Shown here: positions 62,182 to 64,000 of the stretch, piece after piece
How the letters are laid out: each line of letters opens with the position of its first letter
Position numbering within the stretch: the stretch's first letter is position 1
DNA from: a virus
Taxonomy: Duplodnaviria > Caudoviricetes
Reading direction: 5' to 3' (one strand)
IMG/VR virus record: IMGVR_UViG_3300049740_002155
Length of the DNA stretch: 64,000 nt
Notes under the pieces: generated by a model
Told to the model about the DNA's origin: nothing
Databases searched by the model: none
Seen by the model: only the letters and a program-made list of their open reading frames with translations
Made by a program: the position numbers and the translations under genes

Positions 62182-62850
62182 ATGAAAAATTATACCGAAT
62201 CTGAATTAGAAGAAAACTATAAGGCATTTTTAAAGTTTATAGAAGATACCTTTGAAGGTGAACGACAAGAAAAGTTGTTATATATGTACGGAACAGACGA
62301 TGGTTGTCTTGGGTTGCGGGCATTAATTGCACCTGCAAGTGGAACAATACATTACCATAATTGCTATGATGGTGGTTATATTGATCATGTTATGAATGTG
62401 TGTAAAGCAGCCATGGGTCAGAAAGTTCTACTTCAGAGTTTAGGTGCGAGAATTGATTTTACTGATGATGAATTGATGTTTTCTGCTCTTAATCACGATC
62501 TTGGAAAATTAGGATCACTTGACGGTGAACAATATCAACGTAACGATAGTGAGTGGCACGTCAAAAATCAAGGTAAGGTTTATAAAATGAACACAGACTT
62601 ACACTGGATGGGTGTGACAGACAGAAGTTTATTTCTATTACAACACTTTGAAATAAAGTATAATCAAAAAGAGTGTTTAGCAATCAAACTATCAGACGGA
62701 ATGTATGATGATGCTAATATTGACTATCTAAAATCATTTAATCCTGGCAATGGTCTTAAAACAGAACTTCCACGGGTTGTTCACTGGGCAGATCATATGT
62801 CGTGTGTTTTAGAGAAATCACTAACAGACCAAAACTTTAAGTTTGAATAA
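62182..62850 (+). CDS. HD-domain phosphohydrolase (YhaM-like)
   Basis: APAS..HYHNCYDGGYIDHV, LNHDLGK, HWAD. Confidence 0.85.
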   Translation: MKNYTESELEENYKAFLKFIEDTFEGERQEKLLYMYGTDDGCLGLRALIAPASGTIHYHNCYDGGYIDHVMNVCKAAMGQKVLLQSLGARIDFTDDELMFSALNHDLGKLGSLDGEQYQRNDSEWHVKNQGKVYKMNTDLHWMGVTDRSLFLLQHFEIKYNQKECLAIKLSDGMYDDANIDYLKSFNPGNGLKTELPRVVHWADHMSCVLEKSLTDQNFKFE

Positions 62851-62856
62851 AAAAAT

Positions 62857-62885
62857 TTGACATTATTATACTTTTTTAGTATATT
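62857..62885 (+). promoter_or_regulatory. sigma70-type promoter of hsp20
   Basis: TTGACA-N17-TATATT; the -10 overlaps TATTTAT. Confidence 0.7.
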
Positions 62886-62894
62886 TATTTTATA

Positions 62895-62943
62895 GAGTAA
62901 TGCTCAAATGAGGTTACTCGGCGGATGCCCAAATCGGGATTCG
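62895..62943 (+). promoter_or_regulatory. tandem bulged-G hairpins in the hsp20 leader (putative cis-regulatory RNA)
   Basis: gagtaat-G-ctc-aaat-gag-gttactc (62895-62919) and cggat-G-ccc-aaatc-ggg-attcg (62922-62943). Confidence 0.72.
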
Positions 62944-62968
62944 TAACTATAATAAAAGGAAAAATAAA

Positions 62969-63463
62969 ATGAAAAAGTTCGGATATAAGTCCAACGGAAC
63001 AGGACTTGATAAACACGTTCCAAATTTAAGAGACGAATTTTTAACACCATTCGACTCAATTTTTGACAAAGTAGTCAATCAAGCATTTCCAAACTTCGGA
63101 CAGGAATTCGGAGTAAATTTTTTTGGAAATAGTTCGTACCCACGGGTGAATGTAGCAGACACAAAAAACGATGTAAGAATTGAAGCAGAAATTGCAGGTC
63201 TTTCACGTGATGATGTTTCTGTTGAATACGAAGACGGTCTTCTTATCATTTCGGGTGAAAAGAAAACTGAAATTGAGGATCCAGAAGTAAAGTATGTTTA
63301 CAAGGAACTAAAAAGGTCTTCCTTTAAACGATCATTCAAAGTCGATGACGCAACACTTGAGGTTGATAAAATATCAGCAAAGTTTGACAATGGCATTCTA
63401 AATGTTACTATTCCAAAAAAAGAAGTAATTGAAACAAAAGCAAAGAAGGTTAAAATTCTCTGA
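62969..63463 (+). CDS. hsp20: small heat-shock protein Hsp20
   Basis: YPRVNV..., EIAGL..DV.V.YEDGLL.ISG, SFKRSF, ISAKFDNGILNVTIPK. Confidence 0.95.
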   Translation: MKKFGYKSNGTGLDKHVPNLRDEFLTPFDSIFDKVVNQAFPNFGQEFGVNFFGNSSYPRVNVADTKNDVRIEAEIAGLSRDDVSVEYEDGLLIISGEKKTEIEDPEVKYVYKELKRSSFKRSFKVDDATLEVDKISAKFDNGILNVTIPKKEVIETKAKKVKIL

Positions 63464-63487
63464 AATAGAATAATATAAACTTAACTT

Positions 63488-63520
63488 AAAGAGGGTAAAC
63501 AAAATTTACCCTCTTTTTTT
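63488..63520 (+). terminator. intrinsic terminator after hsp20
   Basis: aaagagggtaaa-caaaa-tttaccctcttt plus T tract. Confidence 0.85.
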
Positions 63521-63586
63521 ATAATTATATTATATTTATACATATTAGATTTATGAGTAAAATTAAAGAAGGAGATATGTATTAAT

Positions 63587-64000
63587 ATGAGAGTATTTAC
63601 TGCTATCATAGGAGGACTTGCACTTGCGGTGGCAGGAACAGCTGCTTTCTTTTCGGTGCGTGGTATTGGATTATTATTTGCAGGTGCGGCCATTGCAGCC
63701 ATGGTTATGGCGGGAGTTCTTGAAGCAGGAAAACTTGCAATGACTTCTTTTTTGTATCGTTATTGGGAAAGAATTCCAAGAATGTTAAAATGGTATTGTA
63801 CAATTGCAGTTGTCGTTTTGATCGGAATTACCTCGTTGGGTATTTATGGATTTTTAAGTGATGCTTATGATGACACACGATCAAGAGTGGAAATGCATGA
63901 AAATAACATAGAAACACTTAACAAAGAAATAGTAGTTATCGAAACAGAGATTGAAACACTTAAAAATACAGATGTTACGGTAGAAGATAAAAAAACCGAA
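63587..64000 (+). CDS. multi-pass membrane protein with coiled coil, truncated by the window end
   Basis: MRVFTAIIGGLALAVAGTAAFFSVRGI...LEAGKL...ITSLGIYGFLS, then heptad-like segment; open frame to the end; AAGGAG upstream; absent from the ORF track. Confidence 0.8.
   Translation, partial: MRVFTAIIGGLALAVAGTAAFFSVRGIGLLFAGAAIAAMVMAGVLEAGKLAMTSFLYRYWERIPRMLKWYCTIAVVVLIGITSLGIYGFLSDAYDDTRSRVEMHENNIETLNKEIVVIETEIETLKNTDVTVEDKKTE

Overview
This is an AT-rich, gene-dense 64 kb segment of a large T4-like (jumbo) bacteriophage genome in the standard genetic code. Phage core genes include rIIA/rIIB, family-B DNA polymerase, a gp45-like clamp, a gp44-like clamp loader, dUTPase, PhoH, probable virion proteins and five CCA-ending tRNAs. 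They are interleaved with many host-like genes: dnaK, dnaJ, hsp20, a ClpP-like protease, IF-1, two tandem glutamate dehydrogenases, an M29 aminopeptidase, an esterase-GDPD fusion, Hc1-like and SET proteins, and an ~11 kb nucleotide-sugar/glycosyltransferase island. Several host-like proteins resemble Verrucomicrobia (PVC) proteins as I recall them; this is inference. Best leads: (1) a translationally coupled operon (GNAT-like/2OG-Fe(II) oxygenase fusion, Cys-His-Asp protein, PLP enzyme, SPPY amino-methyltransferase) that looks like an uncharacterised DNA hypermodification pathway; (2) a tandem bulged-G hairpin motif shared by the dnaK and hsp20 leaders 50 kb apart; (3) an ~808 aa protein with three zincin active sites; (4) two dissimilar tandem GDHs; (5) a recurrent sense-strand TATTTAT(A) motif upstream of about 20 genes. 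All family calls come from motif recognition by eye. No database searches were run, so novelty is unverified.
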